Positions 20,290 to 30,466 of a DNA stretch of 64,000 nt are shown here, in pieces. Within the stretch, counting starts at the first letter, position 1. Each line of letters starts with the position of its first letter. The stretch is from contig DASPZU010000015.1 in assembly GCA_035636095.1 (NCBI GenBank), positions 15,371 through 79,370 on the forward strand, given 5' to 3'. This DNA is from Thermoanaerobaculia bacterium (GTDB lineage: Bacteria; Acidobacteriota; Thermoanaerobaculia; Gp7-AA8). Made by a program: the position numbers and the translations under genes. Under the pieces are notes generated by a model. That model had not been told where the DNA came from. It saw nothing but the letters and a program-made list of their open reading frames with translations, and made no database searches.

Positions 20290-21203
20290 ACTTTCTCCGC
20301 CTCGTACTTACCGAAGAGTCCCGACGGCCGGAACAGAAGGATGCCGATCAGGATCACGAAAGCGATGGCCGGAGTGAAATTCGAAAAGCGGCTGCCGCCG
20401 ACGAACGACTCGATGATGCCGATGACGAACCCCCCCACCACCGCCCCGGGCACGTTGCCGATTCCGCCTAACACCGCCGCGATGAAGGCCTTCAGTCCCG
20501 GCAGAATGCCCATGAGCGGATCGATTTTCGGGTAGGAGAGTCCGTAGAGAATGCCCGCCACCGCCGCCAGAGCGGAGCCGATGACAAAGGTGGTCGAGAT
20601 GATGCGATCGGTCGGAATCCCCATCAACGACGCAGTCTCGTAGTTGAACGACACCGCGCGCATGGCGCGACCGAATTTTGTGCCGTAGACGATGTATTGA
20701 AGGACCGCCATGAAGACGATCGCCACCACCAGCACGATGAGCTGGTAATTGGTGGTGGTGATGCCGCCGAACTGGATCAGGTGTTTTTCAACCAGAGTCG
20801 GAAAAAACTTCGGATCGGGCCCGAACACGAATTGACCGCCGTATTCGAGGAAGAACGAGACGCCGATGGCCGTGATCAGCGACGCGATGCGGGGCGCCTT
20901 GCGCAGCGGGCGGTACGCGATGCGCTCGTTCAGATAACCAAACGTGCCACAGACGATCATCGCGAGAAGCATGACGCCGGCGGCGATGAGCCACGACGTG
21001 AGGGTGCCGGCCTGGTCATGCGTGTGGGCGGCCGCCCACCGCCCGGCGTAGTAGCCCGTGAACGCGCCGAGCATGAAGACGTCGCCGTGCGCGAAGTTGA
21101 TCAGCTTGAGGATGCCGTACACCATGGTGTAGCCGAGGGCGATGAGGGCGTAGATTGCCCCGACGGCGATTCCGTTGAGCAGGTTCTGCAGAAGTAACTG
21201 CAT
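20286..21203 (-). CDS. livH: Branched-chain amino-acid ABC transporter permease LivH
   Basis: MQLLLQNLLNGIAVGAIYALIALGYTMVYG is a classic LivH N-terminus. The track ORF is over-extended to 21626; ATG at 21203. Confidence 0.85.
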   Translation of the reverse strand: MQLLLQNLLNGIAVGAIYALIALGYTMVYGILKLINFAHGDVFMLGAFTGYYAGRWAAAHTHDQAGTLTSWLIAAGVMLLAMIVCGTFGYLNERIAYRPLRKAPRIASLITAIGVSFFLEYGGQFVFGPDPKFFPTLVEKHLIQFGGITTTNYQLIVLVVAIVFMAVLQYIVYGTKFGRAMRAVSFNYETASLMGIPTDRIISTTFVIGSALAAVAGILYGLSYPKIDPLMGILPGLKAFIAAVLGGIGNVPGAVVGGFVIGIIESFVGGSRFSNFTPAIAFVILIGILLFRPSGLFGKYEAEKV

Positions 21204-21217
21204 TCGCTGCGGCGAGC

Positions 21218-22423
21218 TTACTGCGCTGCGGTGGCCGTTTGCGTCACGTTGTTCGGGTCGATGGTGGCCCGCAGGGTGAGCTGACCGTTCTTCACTTCTT
21301 CGATGATGATCTTCTTGCCGACCGCGTTTCTGTCCGGTCCGATCGTGATGGTGCCGGTCACGCCCGCGAAGTTCCTGGTTGCTGCGATGGCATCGCGCAC
21401 CGACGGGCCATCGAGCTTCTTGGCGTGTTTGAGAGCTTCGGCAAGAACGCGGGCCGCGTCGTAGCCGAGCGCCGCCATTCCGTCGGGGATCGCGCCGTAT
21501 CGGTCCTTGTACTTCTGCACGAAGTTCCGCACCACCGGGGACGCGTCGGCATAAAAGTAATGGTTGGTGTACATCGAGCCGTCGAGGGCTCGGCCGCCGA
21601 TCTCGATCAGCTTCGGCGATTCCCATCCGTCTCCGCCTAACAGCGGCTGCTTCATGCCCAGCTCACGCGCCTGAATCGCGATCTGTCCGACGTCGGTGTA
21701 GTACCCGGGAACGAAGATCGCTTCCGGATTCGTCGCTCGAATAGCAGCCAGTTGCGAGTGAAAATCGTTGTCGCCGTTGGAATAGCTGCTCTTCCCCACG
21801 ATCTGGCCGCCCAGCGAAGTGAACACGCGCTCGATCGTGGATGTCAGGCCGGTCGAGTAGTCATTTTTCACATCGGTGAGAATCGCGGCGCGCTTGATGT
21901 GCAACTGCGTCGCGGCGTAACGGGCGATGTTTTCGCCCTGGTAGTCATCCGTGAAGCAGACTCGGAAAATGTAATCGCCTTTCTTGGTGACCTGGGGATT
22001 GGTCGATGACGGCGTGATCATCGGCACCTTGTTGGACTGGCAGACGTCGGCGCCGGCGATCGAATTTGACGACGCCACTTCTCCCAGCATCGCCAGCACG
22101 CCGTTCTGCGAGATCAGCTTCGTGACGGCCGTCGATGCCTCTTCCGACTTCGACTGATCGTCCTCGGTGAGCACTTTGATTTTGCGTCCGTTGACGCCGC
22201 CGGCGGCATTGATCTCGTCGATCGCCATCATGATGGCATTGTGCGTCGACTGGCCGAAGGTCGCCTGCGCGCCGGTCAGCGAGCCGTATTCGCCGATCAG
22301 AATGTCGCCGCCGCTTGTCGCGGCATTGCCACCGCCGCCACCAGCCGATTCGTTTTTCGGCGGACAGCCGACGAGCCCTACCGCCAGGGTAATGGTTAGG
22401 AATTTCAGGAAGTTACGTCTCAT
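21218..22423 (-). CDS. Branched-chain amino-acid ABC transporter substrate-binding lipoprotein (LivK/LivJ-like)
   Basis: ATG at 22423, then MRRNFLKFLTITLAVGLVGC with a lipobox. Type-I periplasmic binding fold. Confidence 0.85.
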   Translation of the reverse strand: MRRNFLKFLTITLAVGLVGCPPKNESAGGGGGNAATSGGDILIGEYGSLTGAQATFGQSTHNAIMMAIDEINAAGGVNGRKIKVLTEDDQSKSEEASTAVTKLISQNGVLAMLGEVASSNSIAGADVCQSNKVPMITPSSTNPQVTKKGDYIFRVCFTDDYQGENIARYAATQLHIKRAAILTDVKNDYSTGLTSTIERVFTSLGGQIVGKSSYSNGDNDFHSQLAAIRATNPEAIFVPGYYTDVGQIAIQARELGMKQPLLGGDGWESPKLIEIGGRALDGSMYTNHYFYADASPVVRNFVQKYKDRYGAIPDGMAALGYDAARVLAEALKHAKKLDGPSVRDAIAATRNFAGVTGTITIGPDRNAVGKKIIIEEVKNGQLTLRATIDPNNVTQTATAAQ

Positions 22424-22456
22424 GGCCGCCGTCCAGTGCAAAGAATGAGCGCAATT

Positions 22457-22879
22457 CTAGCGCATCGTCGCGGTGTCCCCGACGTGAATTGTTCCGCCCT
22501 GTGCAATGTCACCAAAAATACCGGCATGCCAGTGTGGCCGCAGAGGCTCCTGCATCTCTTTCATGAGGCGGCAAGGTGGATTCTCACCTCGAATATTGAT
22601 GACGCAGCCGCCCAGGCTGAGTTGTTTCCCGCGCGAGTTTTCGAGATCGACACCGCGGAGCATCACATTGGCGCGACGCAGCGAGGGATCGACGTCGATT
22701 CCAAGCTCCTCGGTCGCGGCATTCCATGCCGCTTCGTCGATGATGGTCACCTGCCGCCACCCGCCCTGATCGGCATTGCCCGCGATCCCGCGCCCGGCGA
22801 CTAACTCCGCCTGCTGAACAGAGTCCAACGGTAAGCGGTGTGCCCGCTTGATCCAGATGGGGACGATCTGCCCCTCCAT
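22457..22879 (-). CDS. MOSC-domain protein (small, YiiM-like)
   Basis: ATG at 22879 (MEGQIVPIWIK...) and a conserved C-terminal Cys (GGCVINIRGENPPCRLM). The track ORF is over-extended. Confidence 0.65.
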   Translation of the reverse strand: MEGQIVPIWIKRAHRLPLDSVQQAELVAGRGIAGNADQGGWRQVTIIDEAAWNAATEELGIDVDPSLRRANVMLRGVDLENSRGKQLSLGGCVINIRGENPPCRLMKEMQEPLRPHWHAGIFGDIAQGGTIHVGDTATMR

Positions 22880-22910
22880 CCTCGGCATTCTACAAATTGC
22901 GCTCGTCCTC

Positions 22911-24161
22911 ATGACGCCGCAGCAGTGGCGCGAAGACCTGCGTTTTGCGGCGCGCGAGATGGAGCGGGCGCACAAGAATCTCTATCACAGCATCTCGCGT
23001 GAGCAGTTCGCGGCGATGGTGAACACGCTGGATGCCGAGATACCGTCGCTGGCGCGACATCGAATCATCGTCGAAATGGCGAAAATCGCGGCCGCGGTCG
23101 GTGATGGCCACACCAATCTGGCGCCCACGCGGGATCCCAAGATTGGCTTTCACACGCTTCCGATCGCGCTCTACTTTTTCGAGGACGGACTTTTCATCCG
23201 TGCAGCGCACAAGTCGCAGGCCAGCCTGGTCGGTGCGCGCATTGTGCGCATCGGGAATGCGACCGTCGAGGATGCATACAAGGCCGTCAGAACGATGATC
23301 AGTCGGGACAATGAACAAGGCGTCCGTTATTGGGCGCCGCAGTTTCTGGTGATGCCGGAAGTCTTACACGCCCTTGGTTTGATCGACGATATCGAAGTGG
23401 TGCCCGTGACGATTGAGCGCGATGGCAAACGCGAAGTTGTGACGCTTCGAGCGCTCGGGCCAGCGGAGATGATGCCTCCGGACACCGATATGACCTGGAG
23501 TCGCCGCGCTGATTGGATCGATGCGCGCGGAGACAACGATCCGCTGTGGCTGCGCGATGCAAAATCGCCGGCTCGCATGGAAGTACTTCCCGGAACGAAG
23601 ACTCTGTACGTCCAACTGAATCAAATCAGCGATGACCTGAAACAGTTCTCCGAAACGATGCGGCGTAGGATCGTCGCCGATGACGTCGATCGTTTGATCC
23701 TCGATCTTCGACTCAATCGCGGTGGTCACGGCGACTACAACGTTTTCCTCGTTCGCGCGGTCATTCAATCGCAGTCCATCGATCAGGACGGTCGCTTCTT
23801 CTGCCTCATCGGACGCGCGACGTTTTCGGCGGCGCAGTCGCTGGCGGATCAACTCGAAAAGTACACCAACGTCACGTTTGTCGGAGAGCCGAGCGGATCG
23901 AAGGGCAACGCGTTCGGGGATTCGCGGAAGATCATTCTGCCTAACAGCGGCATCACCGTGCGCGCGTCGGTCTTCTACTGGCAGGAGTGGTTTCCGCTCG
24001 ACAAGCGTGAAGCGACCGAGCCGAAAATCGCCGCCCCGCTGACCTTCGACGCTTACCGCAAGAACATCGATCCGGCGCTGGCGGTCATTTCTTCAGCGCC
24101 GCCGTCCAGTTCTGAACGAGCGTCAACGGCGCGATCTCGGTCTGCTCCATCGGGGTATTGA
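22911..24161 (+). CDS. Peptidase S41 family (C-terminal processing peptidase-like)
   Basis: LILDLRLNRGGHGDY (the S41 DLRxNxGG motif) and GRATFSAAQSLA. The start is uncertain (22848 or 22911). The 3' end overlaps the convergent kinase gene by about 75 nt. Confidence 0.65.
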   Translation: MTPQQWREDLRFAAREMERAHKNLYHSISREQFAAMVNTLDAEIPSLARHRIIVEMAKIAAAVGDGHTNLAPTRDPKIGFHTLPIALYFFEDGLFIRAAHKSQASLVGARIVRIGNATVEDAYKAVRTMISRDNEQGVRYWAPQFLVMPEVLHALGLIDDIEVVPVTIERDGKREVVTLRALGPAEMMPPDTDMTWSRRADWIDARGDNDPLWLRDAKSPARMEVLPGTKTLYVQLNQISDDLKQFSETMRRRIVADDVDRLILDLRLNRGGHGDYNVFLVRAVIQSQSIDQDGRFFCLIGRATFSAAQSLADQLEKYTNVTFVGEPSGSKGNAFGDSRKIILPNSGITVRASVFYWQEWFPLDKREATEPKIAAPLTFDAYRKNIDPALAVISSAPPSSSERASTARSRSAPSGY

Positions 24162-26739
24162 CGAGAACGCGCTTTCCATCAGCGCTGAAGTCATATTGCG
24201 CGCCGTTGATCCGCTTCATGTTGATGGGAAACAAAACGCGCGGAGTTCCGGCCACGAAATCGTCTCGGCCAGGAGCAACGTCCACAGCCATCAATCTGAA
24301 GTCAGGTGAAACGTAATAGATCCGCTTTCCATCCGCGCTCCAACGTGGGCGGCTTGCGCCACTTGTCGAGATCTGCCATTTCCCACGCTTGCCGGAAAGA
24401 GCCATCACATAGACTTCCGTTCTGCCCGATTCGTCCGTTTGGTACAAGAGCCAGCGGCCGTCCGGTGAGAACCGTCCGTTCGTCTCCTGAAACGGAGTTT
24501 GCAGCAGGACGGTGGCTTTGTGATTCTCGAGCGAGTACATCCACAAATCGAAAGCCATTTTGGGACTCTGCTCAAAGAACAAGATGGTTTTTCCATCGCG
24601 GGACCAGTCGGTCGGGACTTTCAGGTACTGGTTGGCGTAGAGGACTTCTTCAGCGCCGGTTCCCGAGCTGTCCTTGATCATCAAATCGCCCGGACCTTTG
24701 GCATCCGAGCTGTACACTACCTTGCTGTCGTCGGGCGACCACTGCGGCGCAAACTCATTGGCAGCGTCGAACGTCAGACGCGTCGACGCACCGCGCTGGA
24801 GATCATCGATCCAAATGTCGAGGCGCCCAGATCCGCTGTCTGCGATGCTGGAAGCCACTTTGCGCCCGTCGTGCGAGATGATAGGGGAACGGTAATCAGC
24901 CACTTTCGGGAATACGCCCGACTCCTTGCCGGTCGCGTCGACCCAGCGCAATTGTGAATTGGCTTGACCGGCGCCCGTTTGATAAACGAGCGTCCCTTCG
25001 TCGGAAATCGAGAAATAGGCGTCGCCGCGCGGGCTCCTCGCGACGGTTTCTGCGATCGGAGCAAGGTTGCGTTCTAACGTCAGCGTTTTCGCATCGAACT
25101 TCTGCGCCACCAAAGAATGGTCGCGCCAGTAGACGAGATATCCCGAAGGCGCATAGCCAACATTGGAGCTGCCGTTGAGGAGCCGCCTACTCATATCGCC
25201 ATCGACCGAACCGACGACAATGCTGCCGGTATTGTCGAGATTGAGCGCGGACCGCTGGGCGAGATAAAGGAAGTGACGCCCATCCGGCAGAAACGATGGC
25301 AGACGATGCGTGACATCGCCGCGTTCGCGATCGAGCTGTGTAACAGGTGTGGCAACGCCGCCATCGTCGGATACTTTCGAGAGACCGCCACTCGTCGACG
25401 GCGCAAAAACGATCACGCCCGCAGGCGACCAGGTTCCACCGCGCGGAGTCGGCGCATCGGCGAGCGTCTGCGCGGGACCGCCGGAAGCATCGATTTTTTT
25501 CAACTTGCCGCCGGCGAAGAATCCAATCGACCGTCCGTCCGGCGACCAGAAGGGATAAATGGCGTCATCCGTGCCAGTGAGAGCTTGCGCAACACCTCCG
25601 CTCAGCGCTCGCACATATAGAAGGCGTGGTCCGGCGCCCGCAGGCTGCGCTGGAAACACGATTCGCTTCCCGTCGGGCGACAACGCAGGAGGGCCGGCAG
25701 CTTCGAACGCGAATTGAGCCTTCTCAGGCGGCAGGATCGACGATTGGACCACGTGCGGCGGCTCGCGTCGCAATTGGATGATTCCCCAGGTCAGACCGAC
25801 TGCGGCTGCCGCGGTCGCGAGATGCAGCATCCACGATAGTCGCTCGCGCGTTCTCCGTCGTGCGGTGATCGGGGCCGCCACGCCCGCCTGCGATCCCTTG
25901 CTCCTGATCCACTTCAGCTCTTCGGCGACGTCGTGCGCGCTTTGCCAACGGTCGGCAGCATCCTTCTCCAGGCATCGTTCGATCACGTGTTCGAGCGGGG
26001 GAGGCGTCAGCGGCTGCACTTGCGAGAGCGGCGCGGGGCGGCCGCTCACGATCGCCGCGATCAGGCTCGTCTTCGTCTTCCCTTCGAAGGCGCGCTTGCC
26101 GGTCGCCATCTCGTACAAAACGGCGCCGAGGGCGAAGATGTCGCTGCGCGGATCGGCGTCGACGCCCTCGAGCTGCTCGGGCGACATGTACTGAAAGGTC
26201 CCGACGATCGTCCCTTCCTGCGTGAGCGCTTTCTGCTGCGTGGCCCCAGTCAGATCAACCGGAGCGCCTGATTTGGCGAGTCCGAAGTCGAGCAGCTTCG
26301 CACCCGTCTTCGTCAGCATGACGTTGCCGGGTTTCAGATCGCGATGCACGATCCCTTGCCGATGCGCCCGATCGAGCGCCTCGGCGATCTCCACGCCGTA
26401 GCGCAATACTTCCTCGGTCGACATCGGACCGTGCGTCAGGCGATCGGCGAGCGTTTCCCCATCGAGAAGCTCCATCACCAGATAATCGGAGCCGTTCTCG
26501 TGTCCGATGTCGTAGAGCGTGCAGATGTGCGGATGATTGAGCGCCGAGATGGTCTTCGCTTCGCGCTCGAAACGGAGTTTGAATTGGGCGTCGGCGGCGA
26601 ATTCAGCCGGCAGAATCTTGATGGCCACGTTGCGATCGAGCCGCGTGTCGCGCGCGCGATAGACCTCGCCCATCCCGCCCGCCCCAAGAGGCGCAACGAC
26701 TTCGTACGGTCCGAGCCGAACTCCGGGGGCAAGAGCCAT
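24085..26739 (-). CDS. Ser/Thr protein kinase fused to TolB-like WD40 beta-propeller repeats
   Basis: Kinase N-terminus LGAGGMGEVYRA...AIKIL...HRDLKPGNVML. One transmembrane segment. The C-terminus has repeated SPDG[KR] propeller blades. Confidence 0.9.
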   Translation of the reverse strand: MALAPGVRLGPYEVVAPLGAGGMGEVYRARDTRLDRNVAIKILPAEFAADAQFKLRFEREAKTISALNHPHICTLYDIGHENGSDYLVMELLDGETLADRLTHGPMSTEEVLRYGVEIAEALDRAHRQGIVHRDLKPGNVMLTKTGAKLLDFGLAKSGAPVDLTGATQQKALTQEGTIVGTFQYMSPEQLEGVDADPRSDIFALGAVLYEMATGKRAFEGKTKTSLIAAIVSGRPAPLSQVQPLTPPPLEHVIERCLEKDAADRWQSAHDVAEELKWIRSKGSQAGVAAPITARRRTRERLSWMLHLATAAAAVGLTWGIIQLRREPPHVVQSSILPPEKAQFAFEAAGPPALSPDGKRIVFPAQPAGAGPRLLYVRALSGGVAQALTGTDDAIYPFWSPDGRSIGFFAGGKLKKIDASGGPAQTLADAPTPRGGTWSPAGVIVFAPSTSGGLSKVSDDGGVATPVTQLDRERGDVTHRLPSFLPDGRHFLYLAQRSALNLDNTGSIVVGSVDGDMSRRLLNGSSNVGYAPSGYLVYWRDHSLVAQKFDAKTLTLERNLAPIAETVARSPRGDAYFSISDEGTLVYQTGAGQANSQLRWVDATGKESGVFPKVADYRSPIISHDGRKVASSIADSGSGRLDIWIDDLQRGASTRLTFDAANEFAPQWSPDDSKVVYSSDAKGPGDLMIKDSSGTGAEEVLYANQYLKVPTDWSRDGKTILFFEQSPKMAFDLWMYSLENHKATVLLQTPFQETNGRFSPDGRWLLYQTDESGRTEVYVMALSGKRGKWQISTSGASRPRWSADGKRIYYVSPDFRLMAVDVAPGRDDFVAGTPRVLFPINMKRINGAQYDFSADGKRVLVNTPMEQTEIAPLTLVQNWTAALKK

Positions 26740-26754
26740 TTGGATTGGTAGGAA

Positions 26755-28224
26755 TTATAGGTTGACCCAGACCGACTTGGTCTGGGTGTACTTCTCCAGC
26801 GCGTCCTTGCCCTGGTCGCGGCCGAAGCCCGATTCCTTGAATCCGCCGAAGGGCAGGGCCGGATCGTAGAGGTTGTAGGTATTGATCCAAACCGTTCCGG
26901 CCTTGATGGCGCGGGCGATGCGATGCGCTTTCGAGATGTCGCGCGTCCAGACCGCCGCCGCGAGTCCGTACACGGTCGCGTTCGCTTTCGCGACGGCATC
27001 GTCGGCGTCCTTGAATCGGATGGTCGCCAGCACCGGTCCGAAAATTTCTTCGCGCGCGATCTTCATGTTCGAATCGACGTCGTCGAAGATGGTCGGCTTC
27101 ACGAAGTAGCCCTTGCCGGTGCCGATGTCGGCGCGCTCGCCGCCCGCGACGAGTTTCGCCCCTTCTTTCTTGCCGGCCTCGATGTATTTCATGACGGTCG
27201 CCAACTGCTCCTCGGAGACGATGGCACCGAGGCGCGTCTTCGGATGCAGAGGATCGCCGGCGACCATTTTCTCGGCGCGGTCGCGCACCTTGACCATCAG
27301 CTCATCGTGAATGGACTCTTCGACCAGCAGCCGCGACCCGGCAGCGCACACTTCGCCCTTTCCGTAGAAGATGGCGTTGAGCGCGCCGCGCGAGGCGGCT
27401 TCCAGATCGGCATCGGCGAAGACGATGTTCGGAGATTTTCCGCCTAACTCGAGCGAGACTTTCTTGAGCGTCCTGGCGGCACGCGCCATCAGCTCCTTGC
27501 CGACTTCCGTCGAGCCGGTGAAGGCGATGGCGTCGATGCCGGGATGATCGACCATCGCGTTTCCGACCACGCTTCCGCGACCAGGGATCACGTTGAGCAC
27601 GCCCGCCGGCAGTCCGCATTCTTTTGCGTACTCCGCGAATTTCAGAAGCGACAGCGATGTGTTCGACGCCGGCTTGACGATGACGGTGTTGCCGCACGCC
27701 AGGGCCGGAGCGATCTTCCACACCGCCAGCATCAGCGGAAAGTTCCACGGCACGATCGCCCCCACCACGCCGATCGGCTCGCGCAGCGTGTAGGTCAGCG
27801 CATTGTCCTGAATCGGAATCGTTTCGCCGGTGACTTTTCCCGACCATCCCGCGAAGTAGTACAGGCATTCGGCGGCGGCGGGCGTGTCCACAAACTGCGA
27901 TTCGAAAATCGGCTTGCCGTTGTCGACGGTCTCGATCCGTCCGATTTCCTCCGCGCGCTTCGCAAGCATCTCGCCCATGCGCCACAAAATCTTGCCGCGA
28001 TCGCGCGGCTTCATCTTCTGCCAATCGGACCCCGGCTCCATCTGCCCGCGCGCCGCGCGGACCGCCGCGTCAACGTCCTCCGGGCCGGCGGATGCGACTT
28101 CGGTGATCCGCTCTTCGGTCGCGGGATTGATGGTCGGAAAAGTCTTGCCGCTTTTCGCGTCGACGAATTCGCCGTTGATGAAGAGCTGGTTGCGCAAGGT
28201 CTGCTCGGTAGCGATGGCGGTCAT
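26755..28224 (-). CDS. NAD(P)-dependent aldehyde dehydrogenase
   Basis: ATG at 28224 (MTAIATEQ...). ALDH glutamate and cysteine active-site regions (ELGGKSP, GEVCAAGSR). The track ORF is over-extended. Confidence 0.9.
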   Translation of the reverse strand: MTAIATEQTLRNQLFINGEFVDAKSGKTFPTINPATEERITEVASAGPEDVDAAVRAARGQMEPGSDWQKMKPRDRGKILWRMGEMLAKRAEEIGRIETVDNGKPIFESQFVDTPAAAECLYYFAGWSGKVTGETIPIQDNALTYTLREPIGVVGAIVPWNFPLMLAVWKIAPALACGNTVIVKPASNTSLSLLKFAEYAKECGLPAGVLNVIPGRGSVVGNAMVDHPGIDAIAFTGSTEVGKELMARAARTLKKVSLELGGKSPNIVFADADLEAASRGALNAIFYGKGEVCAAGSRLLVEESIHDELMVKVRDRAEKMVAGDPLHPKTRLGAIVSEEQLATVMKYIEAGKKEGAKLVAGGERADIGTGKGYFVKPTIFDDVDSNMKIAREEIFGPVLATIRFKDADDAVAKANATVYGLAAAVWTRDISKAHRIARAIKAGTVWINTYNLYDPALPFGGFKESGFGRDQGKDALEKYTQTKSVWVNL

Positions 28225-28268
28225 GGGAACACATCCTAACGCAGTGCTACATTGCCCTGCCGAGGAGG

Positions 28269-29294
28269 ATGGAGATGTTGAGGAAAACGACATGGGTTGC
28301 GACACTGCTCGCCCTGGCAACATCGGCGGCCGGCCAGGCCGTACATAAACTCGAGCCGTCGCCGGCGACCGTGGCCTGGGGTCACTACGATGCGTCGACG
28401 CCGCCGGTGCTGCGGATCCAATCGGGCGATATCGTCCAGGCACACACGCTGATCACCTCCAGTCCGGCGCGGTTGGAGGGCGCCGGCGTCCCCGCAGACC
28501 AGGTCGAGCAATCGCTCCGAGACATTCATCGCGAGGTGACCAACAAGGGACCGGGCGGTCACATCCTCGATGGTCCGATCTATGTCGAAGGTGCCGAGCC
28601 GGGCGATGTCCTCGAGGTGCGCATCCAACGTGTGGAGCTGGCTATTCCGTACGCCTACAACGGTTTTCGTCCAGGACGCGGATACCTGCCGGAGGATTTT
28701 CCGTATTCGCGCGTGAAGATCATTCCACTCGATCGCACCCGGATGATCGCGCAGTTCGCTTCAGGCATCGAGATCCCGCTGCGCCCATTCTTCGGCAGCA
28801 TGGGAGTCGCGCCGCCGGAGAGCGTCGGCCGCATCGACAGCGCGCCGCCGTGGATCCACGGAGGAAATCTTGACAACAAAGAGCTGATCGCCGGAACGAC
28901 GCTCTATTTGCCTGTGCATGTCAAGGGCGCTCTCTTCCAGGTCGGCGATGGGCACGCTGGACAGGGGAACGGAGAGATCGACATCACCGCCCTCGAGACG
29001 TCACTGATCGGAACGTTGCAGCTCGTGGTTCGCAAGGACATGCACCTGCGCTGGCCGCGCGCCGAGACGCCGACGCACTACGTGACGATGGGACTGCACG
29101 AAGATCTCGCCGAAGCGACCAAGCTGGCCATTCGCGAAATGATCGACTATCTGACGACCGATCGGCATCTCAGTCGCGATGACGCTTACATGCTCGCCAG
29201 CGTGGCCGCCGACTTGTCCATCACCGAGCTCGTCGACGGCAACAAGGGCGTCCACATGATGATCCCGAAGTCGATTTTCGTGACCCGGCGCTAG
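28269..29294 (+). CDS. Acetamidase/formamidase family protein (secreted)
   Basis: Signal peptide. FmdA/AmdA-type sequence (GPIYVEGAEPGDVLEV...GGNLD...). Divergent from the ALDH gene. Confidence 0.8.
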   Translation: MEMLRKTTWVATLLALATSAAGQAVHKLEPSPATVAWGHYDASTPPVLRIQSGDIVQAHTLITSSPARLEGAGVPADQVEQSLRDIHREVTNKGPGGHILDGPIYVEGAEPGDVLEVRIQRVELAIPYAYNGFRPGRGYLPEDFPYSRVKIIPLDRTRMIAQFASGIEIPLRPFFGSMGVAPPESVGRIDSAPPWIHGGNLDNKELIAGTTLYLPVHVKGALFQVGDGHAGQGNGEIDITALETSLIGTLQLVVRKDMHLRWPRAETPTHYVTMGLHEDLAEATKLAIREMIDYLTTDRHLSRDDAYMLASVAADLSITELVDGNKGVHMMIPKSIFVTRR

Positions 29295-30400
29295 GCGCCG
29301 ACCGCAACCTCGACGTAGGGCGTGATGTCGAAGTTACGCTCGTGGAGTTCGTGAATGCGCTCCATCTCGGCGTCGCTGAGCGGCGGATGATCGGATGCTG
29401 ATGCAAACTCGCGGAGCTGCTGGTCGTCGTAGATGTTGGGCAGCACGGACACGATGCTGCGATGCGCGTACTGCCACAGGAGCGCGAACTGGCCGATCGT
29501 GACGCTTCGCGCGTCGCACATCGGTTTGAGTCGATCGACCTTCTGCAGTCCTTCCACCAGCCACGCGCGCGGACGATGCGAGCGGTGATCGTTCTCATCG
29601 AACTTCGTGTCGAGCGTGTACTTCCCTTCCAGCATGCCCGACGAATGCGGCACGCGGACGAGAAATTGCGGCTGCGGGTTCGCCTTCCAGGCGCGGAAAT
29701 TTGAGTCGAAGAAGCTCGTGCGCGTGCAAAGTTTCTTGTGCGTCTGACCCTGCATCGCCTCCGGCACTGCCGGATACGATGCGCCGCGCTCGGCGGCCAG
29801 CATGAACTCGCGTCCGGGATCCTGCTCCAGGAGGTTGTAGATCATCTGCGTGACCGGAGCCTTGCGCATTGCGGTAGCGTAAATGCCCTCGTCACGCCAT
29901 CCGATCGCCGGACCGAGCGACGGGCCGTACGACTGAATCTTTCCTTCGCGTTTCAGCGCCTCGAGCGTGTCCCAATGCTCGTCCTGCATGAGGACATCCA
30001 CGCGCGGATTGTGGGGTTGATAAATCGCGATGGTGCCGACGCCGAGGCGCTGCAGCGATTGCTCGCAGGCAAAGCGGATGAACTTCGGCGACATGTCCTG
30101 CGGCAGCTCGCGCTGACCGCGCGGGCGCTCGGGGTTGTTGTAGAAGTCGTATCCGAATTTCGTACCGATGACGAGATCGCGGTGCTCTTTCAGAATCGGC
30201 TTCAGGATCGATTCGCCGCGGCCGTTGCCGTAGGCATCGGCGGTGTCGATGTAGTTGATGCCGAGGTCGATGGCGGAGCGGATCAGGTCCTGCGCTTGTG
30301 TGTCGGTGTAGTCGCCCCACCAGCCCGTCGACACCGTCCAGGTACCGAAGCCGAGCTCGGAGAGTGTTAGGTCTGTGCCGTGTAATTTTCGGTATCGCAT
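29291..30400 (-). CDS. Aldo/keto reductase
   Basis: LGFGTW...IDTADAYGNGRGE is the AKR N-terminus. Confidence 0.9.
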   Translation of the reverse strand: MRYRKLHGTDLTLSELGFGTWTVSTGWWGDYTDTQAQDLIRSAIDLGINYIDTADAYGNGRGESILKPILKEHRDLVIGTKFGYDFYNNPERPRGQRELPQDMSPKFIRFACEQSLQRLGVGTIAIYQPHNPRVDVLMQDEHWDTLEALKREGKIQSYGPSLGPAIGWRDEGIYATAMRKAPVTQMIYNLLEQDPGREFMLAAERGASYPAVPEAMQGQTHKKLCTRTSFFDSNFRAWKANPQPQFLVRVPHSSGMLEGKYTLDTKFDENDHRSHRPRAWLVEGLQKVDRLKPMCDARSVTIGQFALLWQYAHRSIVSVLPNIYDDQQLREFASASDHPPLSDAEMERIHELHERNFDITPYVEVAVGA

Positions 30401-30466
30401 GGTTGCTGGGTTACTGGGTTGCTAGGTTGCTAAAGGGTTGCTCAGCAACCGAGCAACCCAGCAACT
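30401..30466 (-). repeat. Heptamer-array hairpin (GGTTGCT x4 / AGCAACC x3) between the crotonase stop and the AKR start
   Basis: GGTTGCTGGGTTACTGGGTTGCTAGGTTGCTaaaGGGTTGCTCAGCAACCGAGCAACCCAGCAACtattttc. Confidence 0.6.

Noticed and set aside
20286-21626. 446-aa LivH ORF; similarly the 562-aa ALDH ORF and the 491-aa ORF at 35751
   Set aside because: These are N-terminal over-extensions in the track. The conserved protein N-termini and ribosome-binding sites place the starts at 21203, 28224 and 36246 respectively.
24085-24161. The ~77-nt convergent overlap of the S41 peptidase and kinase genes as evidence that one call is wrong
   Set aside because: Both have clear family motifs. The overlap more likely reflects a slightly shorter true C-terminus for the peptidase, which cannot be resolved without alignment.
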